The notes beneath the pieces are model-generated. The model saw only the letters and a program-made list of their open reading frames with translations, had not been told where the DNA came from and ran no database searches. Source: Chthonomonadia bacterium (lineage in GTDB: Bacteria; Armatimonadota; HRBIN16). From it: 64,000 bases of DNA. Below, piece by piece: positions 19,508 to 29,099 of this stretch. A program made the translations under genes and the position numbers. Location: NCBI GenBank assembly GCA_013314755.1, contig JABUFA010000018.1, positions 1,472 to 65,471 on the forward strand, given 5' to 3'. How positions within the stretch are numbered: the first letter of the stretch is position 1; each line of letters begins with the position of its first letter.

Positions 19508-21676
19508 TCAGCGCGGCACCACCGGGCGTCGTCCACCGCCTCCGGGACGCTGGGCGGGCGGGTCTATCGGGATCAACACCTGTATGCCATCAGAGACACC
19601 CACCGCGCTAACCAGCCCCGCACCGTTCACCGCGCGAACAGCCACATAGTACACCCTGCCATGCGCCAGACTGAGGTTGAACGTGGCTTCGGTGCGTATC
19701 CCCACGCTCGTCCAGCCCATCACGTCCGTGCCGCCGGGCGTGGTGCCCACCGCCACCTCGTATCGGAAGATGCCGGTTTCCAGGTCGCGGCTCCACCAGC
19801 GGGCGTGCAGGGTGGTCAAACTGCTCTGCGCAGCACCATCATCCCAAACCTGCGGTGTTTCGGGCGGGGTGATGTCGGGTTGCATGTTCACCGGACCGAG
19901 CCAGAAGTCCACGCCCGGGGTATCCGCACCTGCCACCACTTCCACCCACTCGTACTCCTTGCTGTATCCGTAGGCGGTCGCCTTCACCCGGTAGTAACCG
20001 GGCGGCAGGTTGGGAATGCGCCACAAGCCGAAATCCTGTGCCGTGGTAACCTTGCGGGTGGTTCCGAACATCGCGCGCGCCTCGATCTGTGCGCCCTGCA
20101 CGGGCGTACCGTTAAAGTAGACCTGCCCCGCCAGACAGCCCACCGTGGCATTGCGCGCGTTCAGCTCCAGCAGGGTTTTCCGCACGTTGATGCGCCCGAA
20201 GCCATAACGGGGATCCCAGCCACCATCGCCTCTTCCCTGAGCGTTGTCTGCGCCGCGCTGGATGGCACGCCATATCCGCAGATTGCCTCCGGGCGTGTTG
20301 ACCGTGATGCCTTTATACTCCGCGTACAGCGCCGCTAGCCCAGCGACGTGGGGACACGCCATGGAAGTGCCAATCTGGTAGCCATACATATAGAACTCTT
20401 CACCAAAGGCATCGGGCAGAGGCACAGGATAGCTGGGCGCGGTGGAGTAGATGACAAAGGCTTCCGGCCACAGAATACCATCGTCATCCTCTACCCACAG
20501 CAGACTGCCGCCCGGTGCGCTGATGCCGATATAGTCGCCTGTGCCTGCATACAGGTCGGAAGGGAAGTCGTCCAGGATGCCTGTCGGGGAAACCGCCAGC
20601 ACCTTGCTGTTGGCGGCGGGGTAGATATTACCAATGTTTCCGCCTCCCTGGCTCGACTCGTTCGCCGCTGCGATGAGGATGCATCCCTTGTAGTAGGCGT
20701 AGTTGACGGCATCGGCGAGAATCTGCGGGTAGCTCGTAGTTCCCAGGCTCATGTTGATAACAGGAATGCCGTTATCCGCACAGTAAATGATGGCTTCCAC
20801 CAGGTCAGTGTCTTCTCCTGTGCCTGTGGCATCCACGATTTTTACCGGCACAATCTGCGCGTTGTACGCCACACCGAAAACGCCTTCACCGTTGTTTGCC
20901 GCGGCGGCGGCAATCCCTGAAACGTGCGTGCCGTGTCCCAGCTCGTCGGTGAAGTCGGAATCGTACACGCCTCCAAAGATGCTACAGCCCAGCGTCCAGT
21001 CTATCTGCCCACCGTAACGCGAATCGGTGGTAGTGCCACTGGCGTTTTTGAAGTCGGGGTGATACGGGTCGATGCCGCTGTCAATCACGGCGATGCGGAT
21101 GGCGTTACTCGGCTTGGTCGCGGCAGTGTAATAGCGATTTGGATAGATTTGCCAGCCTTCATACGCTTCAATGATCAGCATATCCCAGAGATAGGGATAG
21201 AGATTCGGTATGCCCGAAATCTTACCATCGTCGTATTCGTGAAACTTCGGGTCGTTCGGCTCGGGAAGCAGGGGACGCACGAGATAAACCGGCTCTGCAT
21301 AGAGCACCTCTGGTCGCTTCTTCAGCAGGTCTACCGCGCGTAACACGGGGACATCCTTCGGCAAACGTATGACCGCCCAGCCGATTCGTTCAATGGTGCG
21401 TTCTATCTTTGCCCCCGCTAATGCGGGAATACTGTCTATGACCGGCTGGAGTGCAGATACCAGCGCCGATGAAGCGCTCGTCGCGGAGAGCGTGTTCTGG
21501 CGTGAAGCCACTACCTGGGGACGCAGTTTCACTACCACCTTTCCTTCACGATACTCCGCCTGCTTCACTGCCAGTGCGGCAGTCGGCGCGAAGGGAAGCC
21601 GCAGGGGGGCACTCCCTGCACTCAGGTCAAACAGAAGCATCAGAGCTAAAACGAACACTGCGAGCCGAGCACGCAT
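19508..21676 (-). CDS. secreted S8 family serine peptidase (subtilase) with C-terminal beta-sandwich domains
   Basis: Catalytic triad motifs AVIDSGID (Asp), HGTHVSGIAA (His) and GTSMACPHVAG (Ser). Signal peptide present. 722 aa. Confidence 0.85.
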   Translation of the reverse strand: MRARLAVFVLALMLLFDLSAGSAPLRLPFAPTAALAVKQAEYREGKVVVKLRPQVVASRQNTLSATSASSALVSALQPVIDSIPALAGAKIERTIERIGWAVIRLPKDVPVLRAVDLLKKRPEVLYAEPVYLVRPLLPEPNDPKFHEYDDGKISGIPNLYPYLWDMLIIEAYEGWQIYPNRYYTAATKPSNAIRIAVIDSGIDPYHPDFKNASGTTTDSRYGGQIDWTLGCSIFGGVYDSDFTDELGHGTHVSGIAAAAANNGEGVFGVAYNAQIVPVKIVDATGTGEDTDLVEAIIYCADNGIPVINMSLGTTSYPQILADAVNYAYYKGCILIAAANESSQGGGNIGNIYPAANSKVLAVSPTGILDDFPSDLYAGTGDYIGISAPGGSLLWVEDDDGILWPEAFVIYSTAPSYPVPLPDAFGEEFYMYGYQIGTSMACPHVAGLAALYAEYKGITVNTPGGNLRIWRAIQRGADNAQGRGDGGWDPRYGFGRINVRKTLLELNARNATVGCLAGQVYFNGTPVQGAQIEARAMFGTTRKVTTAQDFGLWRIPNLPPGYYRVKATAYGYSKEYEWVEVVAGADTPGVDFWLGPVNMQPDITPPETPQVWDDGAAQSSLTTLHARWWSRDLETGIFRYEVAVGTTPGGTDVMGWTSVGIRTEATFNLSLAHGRVYYVAVRAVNGAGLVSAVGVSDGIQVLIPIDPPAQRPGGGGRRPVVPR

Positions 21677-21775
21677 TTGCGGGCACCTCCCGTAAAATCT
21701 TCAGGTGTATCATAAAACGGATGGAAAATGGTTGTCAATATCGCCGCGCAAAACCTGTAGATTACCAGAGGTTTG

Positions 21776-22909
21776 CTATTGCAGCTGCTGGGCAATCTGC
21801 TGGATAACGGGGTAGGGGGCATTGGTCTTGAAGGCGGCGGTCTCGAAATGGGTGCGCGACGCCTCGTAGCCTGCCTGTCGCAGTCGCTGTATGAGCGCAT
21901 CCACCGGCGGGAGATGGCTCAGATGGGTGCGCTTGCCCAGCTCTGCAGCGCAGTAATAGCCGGCAGGGGAGCTTGCCTCATCCACCATCAGCCGCAGCTG
22001 GCGAAGCACCGCCTGGTATCCCGCCTTTCGCGCCTCAACGCTCATCAGGTGCAGAAACTCGGCGTCGTACAGGGAGCCCGTCCACAGCGGTCCCGCCCAC
22101 TGAACCTCTTCGCTTCCGCAAACGCGGCATCTGCCCACCGTCACGTGCAGGGGCAGAGTGGTCTGGCTATAACAGCCCATACATTTGACCATCCAGCCTA
22201 TCTGGTTCACAGGGAACTCGGCGGAGCCATAGTGCAGACGCACCGCTATGCGCATCGCATAGCCCTCGTCCAGCACGAACAGGGGCTGCCAGTACAGCCC
22301 ACGCTCTCCTGCGCTCTGCTGTAACGCCCCCAGCAACACCCGTGCGCCAATCTCATCGCCACACTCCCACGGGCGCGTCACCGCGCCGTAGTGCCGAACC
22401 GCCGGGTCACGCAGCTTGCCGCACAATGCCGCCATGTCCGTAGCCGTCAGGTACAGCACACCGCCCCAGCGCGGCGCCAGCGACGCCGCGTGCCAGTACA
22501 CAGACGGACTGCCGAAGGCATCCAGATCCACCCAGTCGAAGTGTTCATCCCGTAGACGGATGGCGTAGCACAGGCGGTGCACCTGCTCACAGGTAACCTC
22601 TATCTGTACATCCGGGGAGATAGCGTTCAGCGCGATGTTGCGGCGTATCGCTTCCACCGCCGCAGGGTTGCCATCGTTCAGCACGATGCGTTCCACCGGC
22701 GCTTCCAGTGCGTAGCGGATACCGCGCGTGCCCACTCCAGCCATCAGGTCGATAACCTGCAGGCGACGCTCCTGCAGGTCCGCCTCCGCTCGCAGGGCAA
22801 TCACGCCGAAGTCGCGCGCTAGGCGAGCACGCGGATTGAAGAAAAGCTCCTGCGGCACCACGAAGCGAGCCAGCCCTTCCTGCAGTTCAGTGTAGTTCTC
22901 CTCGTTCAT
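21776..22909 (-). CDS. trm1: tRNA (guanine26-N2)-dimethyltransferase Trm1-like
   Basis: SAM-binding DLMAGVGTRGIRYA and overall TRM1 family similarity. 4-nt overlap (ATGA) with upstream hemW. Confidence 0.7.
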   Translation of the reverse strand: MNEENYTELQEGLARFVVPQELFFNPRARLARDFGVIALRAEADLQERRLQVIDLMAGVGTRGIRYALEAPVERIVLNDGNPAAVEAIRRNIALNAISPDVQIEVTCEQVHRLCYAIRLRDEHFDWVDLDAFGSPSVYWHAASLAPRWGGVLYLTATDMAALCGKLRDPAVRHYGAVTRPWECGDEIGARVLLGALQQSAGERGLYWQPLFVLDEGYAMRIAVRLHYGSAEFPVNQIGWMVKCMGCYSQTTLPLHVTVGRCRVCGSEEVQWAGPLWTGSLYDAEFLHLMSVEARKAGYQAVLRQLRLMVDEASSPAGYYCAAELGKRTHLSHLPPVDALIQRLRQAGYEASRTHFETAAFKTNAPYPVIQQIAQQLQ

Positions 22910-24060
22910 GCCAGAAACTCCGCGCAGATGGAATTAGCCACCGGCAAACCCTTCGCGGTGATGCGCCAGCGGTCCGGGGTGACCTCCAGCAGGCGCAGAC
23001 GTTGCAACTTGCCGATTTGACGGGCATAGCGCTCCGCCAGCCTGACGCCATAGCGTGCTTCTACCGCAGGTACATCCACCCCGTCACGCAAACGAAGCAT
23101 CAGCATGATTGTTTCGCCCAACGAGGCGTTGGCATCCAGACACTCCTGCTCTTCCACCAGTGAAGAGCCGTTCCGAACCGCCTGCACGAAGCGACGCGGA
23201 TTACTGATTGCCTTCCAGCGCACTCCACGCCGATACGAAACCGCTCCCGGACCAAAGCCGAGATACTCCTCGTTGCGCCAGTACACCATGTTATGCCGAC
23301 AGCGATAGCCCGGTCTGGCAAAGTTGGAAATCTCGTAGTGCTCGTAGCCAGCTCGGGTAAGCGCACGGATGGCGTAGCGATACATCCGCAGGTCGGTCTC
23401 TTCATCGGGCAGGTTCAGCAAGCCCTCCTGGTGCATTCGGAAAAACGGCGTGCCCGGCTCAACGGTCAGCGCGTAACAGGAGATATGTTCAGGCTGAAGG
23501 CTGACCGCCGTGCGCAGGGTTTTCTGCCACTGCTGGATGTTCTGGTCGGGCAGGGCGAACATGAGATCGATGTTGATATTTTCAAAGCCCACCTGCCGCG
23601 CTGTCTCGTAAGCCCGCAGCGCCTCGTTTGCCGTGTGGATGCGCCCCAGCGCTTTCAGCAGACGGTCATCAAACGCCTGCACGCCCATACTGAGCCGGTT
23701 AAAGCCAGCCTGCCTCAGCAGAGAATAGCGTGCCCTGTCTGCAGTGCCCGGGTTAACCTCCACGCTGACCTCTGCATCGGGCAGCACCCGGAAGCGTGAG
23801 CGAATGGCGTCCAGAATGCGCACAATCAGCTCTGGGTCGGGAAACGAGGGCGTTCCTCCACCGAAGAAGATGGTGGGAACCACAATATCGCCTGGCTCGT
23901 CGACGTTTTCGACCGAAAGCCGTATCGCCTCCAGCGTGTCGCGAACGATGCCCCCGCGCCAGGCATAGGTGTTGAAATCGCAGTAGGCGCACCGCCTGGC
24001 GCAGAAGGGTATGTGCACGTATATGGAAACACGTTCGAGGCTCATGATGGTTTTCCACAC
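22906..24060 (-). CDS. hemW: radical SAM family heme chaperone HemW (HemN-like, oxygen-independent coproporphyrinogen oxidase-like)
   Basis: Radical SAM C-x3-C-x2-C in HIPFCARRCAYCDF and a HemN C-terminal domain. The alternative start MSLERV six codons downstream is possible. Confidence 0.8.
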   Translation of the reverse strand: MWKTIMSLERVSIYVHIPFCARRCAYCDFNTYAWRGGIVRDTLEAIRLSVENVDEPGDIVVPTIFFGGGTPSFPDPELIVRILDAIRSRFRVLPDAEVSVEVNPGTADRARYSLLRQAGFNRLSMGVQAFDDRLLKALGRIHTANEALRAYETARQVGFENINIDLMFALPDQNIQQWQKTLRTAVSLQPEHISCYALTVEPGTPFFRMHQEGLLNLPDEETDLRMYRYAIRALTRAGYEHYEISNFARPGYRCRHNMVYWRNEEYLGFGPGAVSYRRGVRWKAISNPRRFVQAVRNGSSLVEEQECLDANASLGETIMLMLRLRDGVDVPAVEARYGVRLAERYARQIGKLQRLRLLEVTPDRWRITAKGLPVANSICAEFLA

Positions 24061-24236
24061 GGGATTATATCACAAACAGGGGGAAGGCGTTACCGCCCAG
24101 AACGCCATCGTGCTTCAAAAAGGCGTTTGAGCATATTCTCCAGAGGGAAAAGCTCTGGGTAGCCAGCGACATGTGGGCAAGATAACAGGTCTAAACTCAC
24201 TGGCTTCGTGCATTCTCACACGTCGTAACTCAACAA

Positions 24237-24626
24237 TTACGCGCTCGTTTTGCCGCTCTGGCAGCGTGGACAGATGCCGAACCACTCGACGCGGTGGGTG
24301 CTAACACGGTAGCCTGTGAGTTGCTGAATGCGTTCCGTTGCGGTGTCATCTATGATGTCAGGAACATCGGCGATATGCCCGCACTGTTCGCAGATGATAT
24401 GCTGGTGCGCGCCGGGGCGACCGTCGAATCGGCTTTTGCGCGAACCTGCCTCCAGCTGGACTACCAGCCCCTCTTCCTGCAGGCGCCCCAGCAGGCGATA
24501 GACGGTTCCCAGACTGATGTTGGGAATAATCTGACGTGCCTGCTCGTATACCCAGTCCGCGGTAGGGTGGGTGTCAGTGTTTCGCACAATGTCCAGAACA
24601 ACCTGTCGCTGTTTGGTATTACGCAT
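24237..24626 (-). CDS. fur: Fur family transcriptional regulator
   Basis: Fur DNA-binding helix region RQRQVVLDIVRNTDTHPTADWVY and C-terminal metal sites HxH...CxxC. Start set at MRNTKQ (24626) because a promoter and AGGAG SD lie immediately upstream. The longer track ORF (start 24752) would swallow them. Confidence 0.75.
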   Translation of the reverse strand: MRNTKQRQVVLDIVRNTDTHPTADWVYEQARQIIPNISLGTVYRLLGRLQEEGLVVQLEAGSRKSRFDGRPGAHQHIICEQCGHIADVPDIIDDTATERIQQLTGYRVSTHRVEWFGICPRCQSGKTSA

Positions 24627-24647
24627 CGGGTTGCCACAGGCTCCTTT

Positions 24648-24668
24648 AATGAGAATGATATTCGTTCC
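24648..24668 (-). promoter_or_regulatory. candidate Fur box in the fur leader (autoregulation)
   Basis: AATGAGAATGATATTCGTTCC is about 12 of 19 to the GATAATGATAATCATTATC consensus. It lies between the -10 and the SD of fur. Confidence 0.35.
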
Positions 24669-24681
24669 TATTTTCACGTTC

Positions 24682-24710
24682 AGTATACCAAGCCTGCCGT
24701 GTTTTGTCAA
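24682..24710 (-). promoter_or_regulatory. sigma70-like promoter of fur (TTGACA-17-TATACT)
   Basis: Minus strand: TTGACA (plus 24705-24710), 17-nt spacer, TATACT (plus 24682-24687). Confidence 0.55.
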
Positions 24711-24999
24711 GGACTGGAGGTAGGACATCACAGCAGAAGGGTATCCTGGCAACCAAACTCACAGACAAGCATTTTAGCCTCTGCAAATGTGGATTGCTGA
24801 AGGTCCAAAATCGTTGGGTTGTTCTATCTCTGTCCTGACTGAGGTCCTGCTGGCGCACAATTTCGGCGCGATAGGGTGTATTATACCCCCCACATCTTCA
24901 GTTATGCCGGACGTTTGTCTCGGGGCGGTAACATTGCATGGGCACACTGGCGTAATTCTCACACAGAGAATCTTTTGTCTGGAGGTAGACCCTGTAAAG

Positions 25000-25491
25000 A
25001 TGAGCGTGAGCGAGGGAAGCGAGGTTCCTATGCCTTTGCACGAGGTGAAAAGGCGCCGCAAACCGGTGCGGAATGTCAATGTGCAGCATCATCAGCAGCT
25101 AACCCCCATGGAGCGCATTGCCCTGTGGATTACACAGCACGTAGGGACGATGGGCTTCTTTTTGCTGATAGCCATCTGGAGCATGTTCTGGCTGTTGTGG
25201 AACCTGATGGCGTCCCGTCCACTTCGATTCGACCCGCCTCCTGCGTTTGTGTTGTGGCTATTCCTGTCTAACCTGATCCAGATTCTGCTGATGCCTCTTT
25301 TGCTGGTGGGGCAGAATGTGCTGAGTCGACATGCTGAGCTCCGCGCGGATAACGACTACGAGGTCAACCTGAAGACCGAGCAGGAGGTAGAGGTTATCTT
25401 ACAGCACCTGGAGTACCAGGACCGTTTGCTTGAGAAACTAGTTGCTCTGGTACAGGCACAGGACGGTCGGCGTACAGATGCTGGCACTTAA
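25000..25491 (+). CDS. DUF1003 family membrane protein
   Basis: Start at the ATG at 25000 with GGAGG 14 nt upstream. C-terminal region FVLWLFLSNLIQILLMPLLLVGQNVLSRHAELRADNDYEVNLKTEQEV is typical of DUF1003. Confidence 0.65.
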   Translation: MSVSEGSEVPMPLHEVKRRRKPVRNVNVQHHQQLTPMERIALWITQHVGTMGFFLLIAIWSMFWLLWNLMASRPLRFDPPPAFVLWLFLSNLIQILLMPLLLVGQNVLSRHAELRADNDYEVNLKTEQEVEVILQHLEYQDRLLEKLVALVQAQDGRRTDAGT

Positions 25492-25506
25492 GCATGCACT
25501 TGCTTT

Positions 25507-28500
25507 TCAGGGCTGTGTCAGATGCACGCTACCTTTGCGTTCCAGCTTGCTCCAGCCGGTGCGCTTTCCCTGCAGGGCGGTTGTTACCGACTTTAGCATC
25601 ACCGCATACATCAGCTGTCTGTACACGAATCGCTGCCAGAAGAGCCACCAGAGCAACCGCCACCGCTCGCGGTCAAGACGGAAAGCGACACAGCCTATCA
25701 ACAGCTCCACCACAAAGAACAGGGAATACAGGAAGCCGATTTGAGCCAGAGCGGCGGTTGCCTGGGGCAGGGGTTGCCAGTCCTGGCGCAGGATACCACG
25801 GCTGAGCCATGCCTGCCCGACGTTGGCAACCGTCCAGGCAATTTGCGCATCCACCAGCGGCGACAGCATCTGAAACACCACCTGAAACAGCCACAGGGAG
25901 GGCAGAACCAGCCGTCCAAACCATCCATATCTTCCGATAGCCTCCCGATGCTTCCACAGACACTGCAGGGTGCCGTACGCCCAGCGGAACCGCTGGCGAA
26001 ATAAACTCTTCAGGGTTTCTGGAGCTTCTGTCAGGGCAATGGCGCGATTCGCGGTCACAATCCGCCAGCCTGAGCGGCGCAAACGCCAGGTGAGATCCAT
26101 ATCTTCTGCCATGGTGTCATTCCGGTAGCCACCAGCCTGCACCACCGCCTCTCGACGCCATGCGCCTGCTGCTCCGGGTACCACTGTTACTCCGTTAAGT
26201 AACGCATAGGCACGCCTGTCTAGGTTCTGATTGATGATGTACTCTATAGCCTGCAGGCGGGTGAGTATGTTTACCCGATTACCCACCTTGACATTACCTG
26301 CTACCGCGCCAACGCGAGGGTCGGCAAACGGCTGAACCAGCTCGCCGATGGTGTCAGGCAAAAACAATGTGTCCGCATCCAGGGCAATGAGTATCTCGCC
26401 AGCGGCGTACCGAATCGCGTGGTTGAGAGCCTCCGCCTTACCCTGATTGTCCTGGCGAATGACCTTTACATTTGACAGGTGTCCAAAAAGCCGCTCCACC
26501 TCTTCCGCGGTGCCATCCTGCGAACCATCATCGACCACGATAACCTCCAGAGGTGGATAATGGCTGTTCAGTACCGCCTGTATTGTGCGCCCAATCACTT
26601 TACGCTCGTTATAAGCCGCGATAATCACGCTGACCGCAGGCTGATAGGATGCCGAAGGCAGGTACTTGCACTCACGAGTGGATGCGATAATAGCCAGGGG
26701 AAGCACGCTAATCGCCCGCAAGAGGGTTAAGACAATGGCGGTCAGAAAAGCGATGCCCAGCAGTATGCTGAACACATAGTTTGCTTCAAACACTACCCGG
26801 TCTACCCCAACAAGCATGAGGTCTCGCCCCGATACTGGTGGCATCACGGCATCGCGTGTGGTGCCAATCAGCTGGGATGCGGTGACAAAACGGTAACCAC
26901 GTTGCTGGAGATAGGGGATGAAAATAGAGAGGGCAGCAACGGTGCGAGAACGGTCACCGCCTCCATCATGCAAAAGAATGACGTTACCGGCGCCTCGCAG
27001 TACCTGCTGAATCACATCCTGAGCAATCTCCCGGGCGGTGCGCTGGTGGATAATACCACCAGGTTGCATCGTGCGCAGGTTCCAGTCCTGCGGGTCGATA
27101 AACTCTCCGATGGTCAGGTAGCCCATCTGCGACGCCAGCAGGATGGGACGCACCTCTTCCGCGCTGGTCGGCTCGGCATCGGCATTATAGGGTGGGCGAA
27201 AGAGCAGGGTCGTTCGTCCCAGAATGCTCTGGAGCACCCGTTGAGTGGCGTTCAGTTCCAGCCGGGCGCGGCGAGTGGACACCGCTGCCATATTCGGATG
27301 GGTAAATGTATGACTGCCGATTTCGTGTCCTTCGTCCCAGATTCGGCGCAATAAGCCGGGGTGGTGTTCCGCGTTCTCGCCAATGATGAAGAAGGTCGCT
27401 CGCACACCAAAACGTTTCAAAACGTCCAGAATCTGCTCGGTGTAGGGAGGATAGGGACCATCATCAAGGGTGATGGCAAGCCATTTTGCATGGTAACCAC
27501 GTCTCTGTATGGTAAAGGCTGAGGGGAAACGGATGTACTCTTCATCGGCGCACAAACCGGTATGGGGGTCCACCTCAATCCAGCGGTTGCCCGTCTGCGG
27601 CAGGGTATTCACAGAGAGCACTTCGCCCTGTCCGATAAACTCTACGTCGTATGGATAACTGATTTCGCGCAGAGCTTGCATATCAGGGCGAGCACCGATC
27701 CGATCGCGGCGCAGAAAGTTCCAGATAGAGGGGTCTTCAGACCCCAGCACCCAGAGCGCAGCCCCCCGCAGCCTCATTTGCGAACCGATAAGCCACTGAT
27801 TCGCAACTGCCACCGCATCCAGCAGCCATACCTCATGAAAGCGACCCTCTTCGTCTGTATAGGTGAAAGTGGGGTTTAACGCTTGTGGGTCGAAGTCCAC
27901 CACACGCTGGGGAGGCTCGTCAGGATGGTTGTCGCGGGCGCGCAGGATGGCTTCGTGAAAAGTGAGTGTCTCAGCCGTGGCAGAGTTTTCCCGCCAGTCG
28001 TAGGCGTAGTTACCAAGTCCCATGACCAGCTTCTCAGCAGGGATATACTGAACCGCCTGAAGCAGAACCCGACGGGACCATAGCAGCGAGGCCACGGGCC
28101 CCGGTGTTCCCGAGGCATAATGTTCGTCGTATACCATCAGTACCACCCAATCACATGCCCGGGAGATTTCGCGCCATATTCCGGGATTCACGCCCGCTTC
28201 GATGTCGGCGCTCAGCTGCAGTCCTGCTTGATGAAGAACGTGCCCCAGGCGTTGAAGCCATCCTGCGAAGAGGGCATAATCCTGGGAATAAAGGTTCTCA
28301 AAGTCTACATTGACGCCCTGAAACTGCTGCTCCAATAACCAGTCGCGCAGCTGCACCGCCAGTGCCTGTTGAGCCGATGGATTGTGCAGCAGATGATGCA
28401 CGCGAGCAGGGTCAAACTGCCCATGCTGAGCGTTGTTGAGCACAGGCATCACGTGCAAACTGTGCTGGCGCGCAATCTCGAGCACATCGTGGTTGTGAGG

Positions 28501-28968
28501 TACGCTTGCGGGATCCCAGTCGTACCAGTCGATGCCATTGCCCTGAGCGTTCAAATGAAGCCACTCCGGCAGAAGATGCGTGAGTTTATCAGCATTGGCA
28601 CGCAAAGAGTGCAGTCCCGTCTCCTGCCACGTTGTGTAAAAGGCAGCGACCACCGGCGAGGTGATGGGTGAGGCGATTATGTGTTGGCGCCGCTGCCGCT
28701 CGTCCTTCAGTATCTCTTCGAACAGTTTCGTACGCTCCTTAATCAGGAGGTGCCGCCTCAGGCGAGTCTGACGATTGACAAAATGGAACACAGAGCCTCG
28801 CAGAGCGCGACGTAGATGCGGATGAACACCGGGTAGATGCGGTATGATGGGAACCGTCAGAAGGCTGAGCACAAAAAGCGTGCTGAGTATCGCGGACAGC
28901 AAGGCGAACATCATACCGAGGCGTGTCAGCCATCGTCTGCGTCTGCCAGTGCGGTCGTAGAATACCAT
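25507..28968 (-). CDS. tri-domain exopolysaccharide synthase: N-terminal TM + GH18-like domain + CE4 polysaccharide deacetylase (NodB) + TM + processive GT2 glycosyltransferase with C-terminal TM bundle
   Basis: Start MVFYDRTGRRRRW (ATG about 28968). GH18-like GVNVDFENL. CE4 motifs TLDDGP and HTFTHP. GT2 motifs VIVVDDGSQDGT, DADT and QRFRWAYG (QxxRW, processive). Hydrophobic helices between domains and at the C-terminus. Confidence 0.75.
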   Translation of the reverse strand: MVFYDRTGRRRRWLTRLGMMFALLSAILSTLFVLSLLTVPIIPHLPGVHPHLRRALRGSVFHFVNRQTRLRRHLLIKERTKLFEEILKDERQRRQHIIASPITSPVVAAFYTTWQETGLHSLRANADKLTHLLPEWLHLNAQGNGIDWYDWDPASVPHNHDVLEIARQHSLHVMPVLNNAQHGQFDPARVHHLLHNPSAQQALAVQLRDWLLEQQFQGVNVDFENLYSQDYALFAGWLQRLGHVLHQAGLQLSADIEAGVNPGIWREISRACDWVVLMVYDEHYASGTPGPVASLLWSRRVLLQAVQYIPAEKLVMGLGNYAYDWRENSATAETLTFHEAILRARDNHPDEPPQRVVDFDPQALNPTFTYTDEEGRFHEVWLLDAVAVANQWLIGSQMRLRGAALWVLGSEDPSIWNFLRRDRIGARPDMQALREISYPYDVEFIGQGEVLSVNTLPQTGNRWIEVDPHTGLCADEEYIRFPSAFTIQRRGYHAKWLAITLDDGPYPPYTEQILDVLKRFGVRATFFIIGENAEHHPGLLRRIWDEGHEIGSHTFTHPNMAAVSTRRARLELNATQRVLQSILGRTTLLFRPPYNADAEPTSAEEVRPILLASQMGYLTIGEFIDPQDWNLRTMQPGGIIHQRTAREIAQDVIQQVLRGAGNVILLHDGGGDRSRTVAALSIFIPYLQQRGYRFVTASQLIGTTRDAVMPPVSGRDLMLVGVDRVVFEANYVFSILLGIAFLTAIVLTLLRAISVLPLAIIASTRECKYLPSASYQPAVSVIIAAYNERKVIGRTIQAVLNSHYPPLEVIVVDDGSQDGTAEEVERLFGHLSNVKVIRQDNQGKAEALNHAIRYAAGEILIALDADTLFLPDTIGELVQPFADPRVGAVAGNVKVGNRVNILTRLQAIEYIINQNLDRRAYALLNGVTVVPGAAGAWRREAVVQAGGYRNDTMAEDMDLTWRLRRSGWRIVTANRAIALTEAPETLKSLFRQRFRWAYGTLQCLWKHREAIGRYGWFGRLVLPSLWLFQVVFQMLSPLVDAQIAWTVANVGQAWLSRGILRQDWQPLPQATAALAQIGFLYSLFFVVELLIGCVAFRLDRERWRLLWWLFWQRFVYRQLMYAVMLKSVTTALQGKRTGWSKLERKGSVHLTQP

Positions 28969-29099
28969 CTCTCTATCCAAAGGAGCACACCCCACAAATC
29001 TAAGGCACTGCCTTTTTATACGCAAGGCACTACCGCACTTATTCCCACCTCTGGTGCATAGAAGAGGAATCCCCACATCGGCGTTCTAACTTTTGTAGC

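Noticed and set aside
24627-24752. Longer Fur ORF starting at 24752 (track call)
   Set aside because: It would place a TTGACA-17-TATACT promoter, a Fur-box-like site and an AGGAG SD inside the coding region. The conserved Fur N-terminus begins at MRNTKQRQ.
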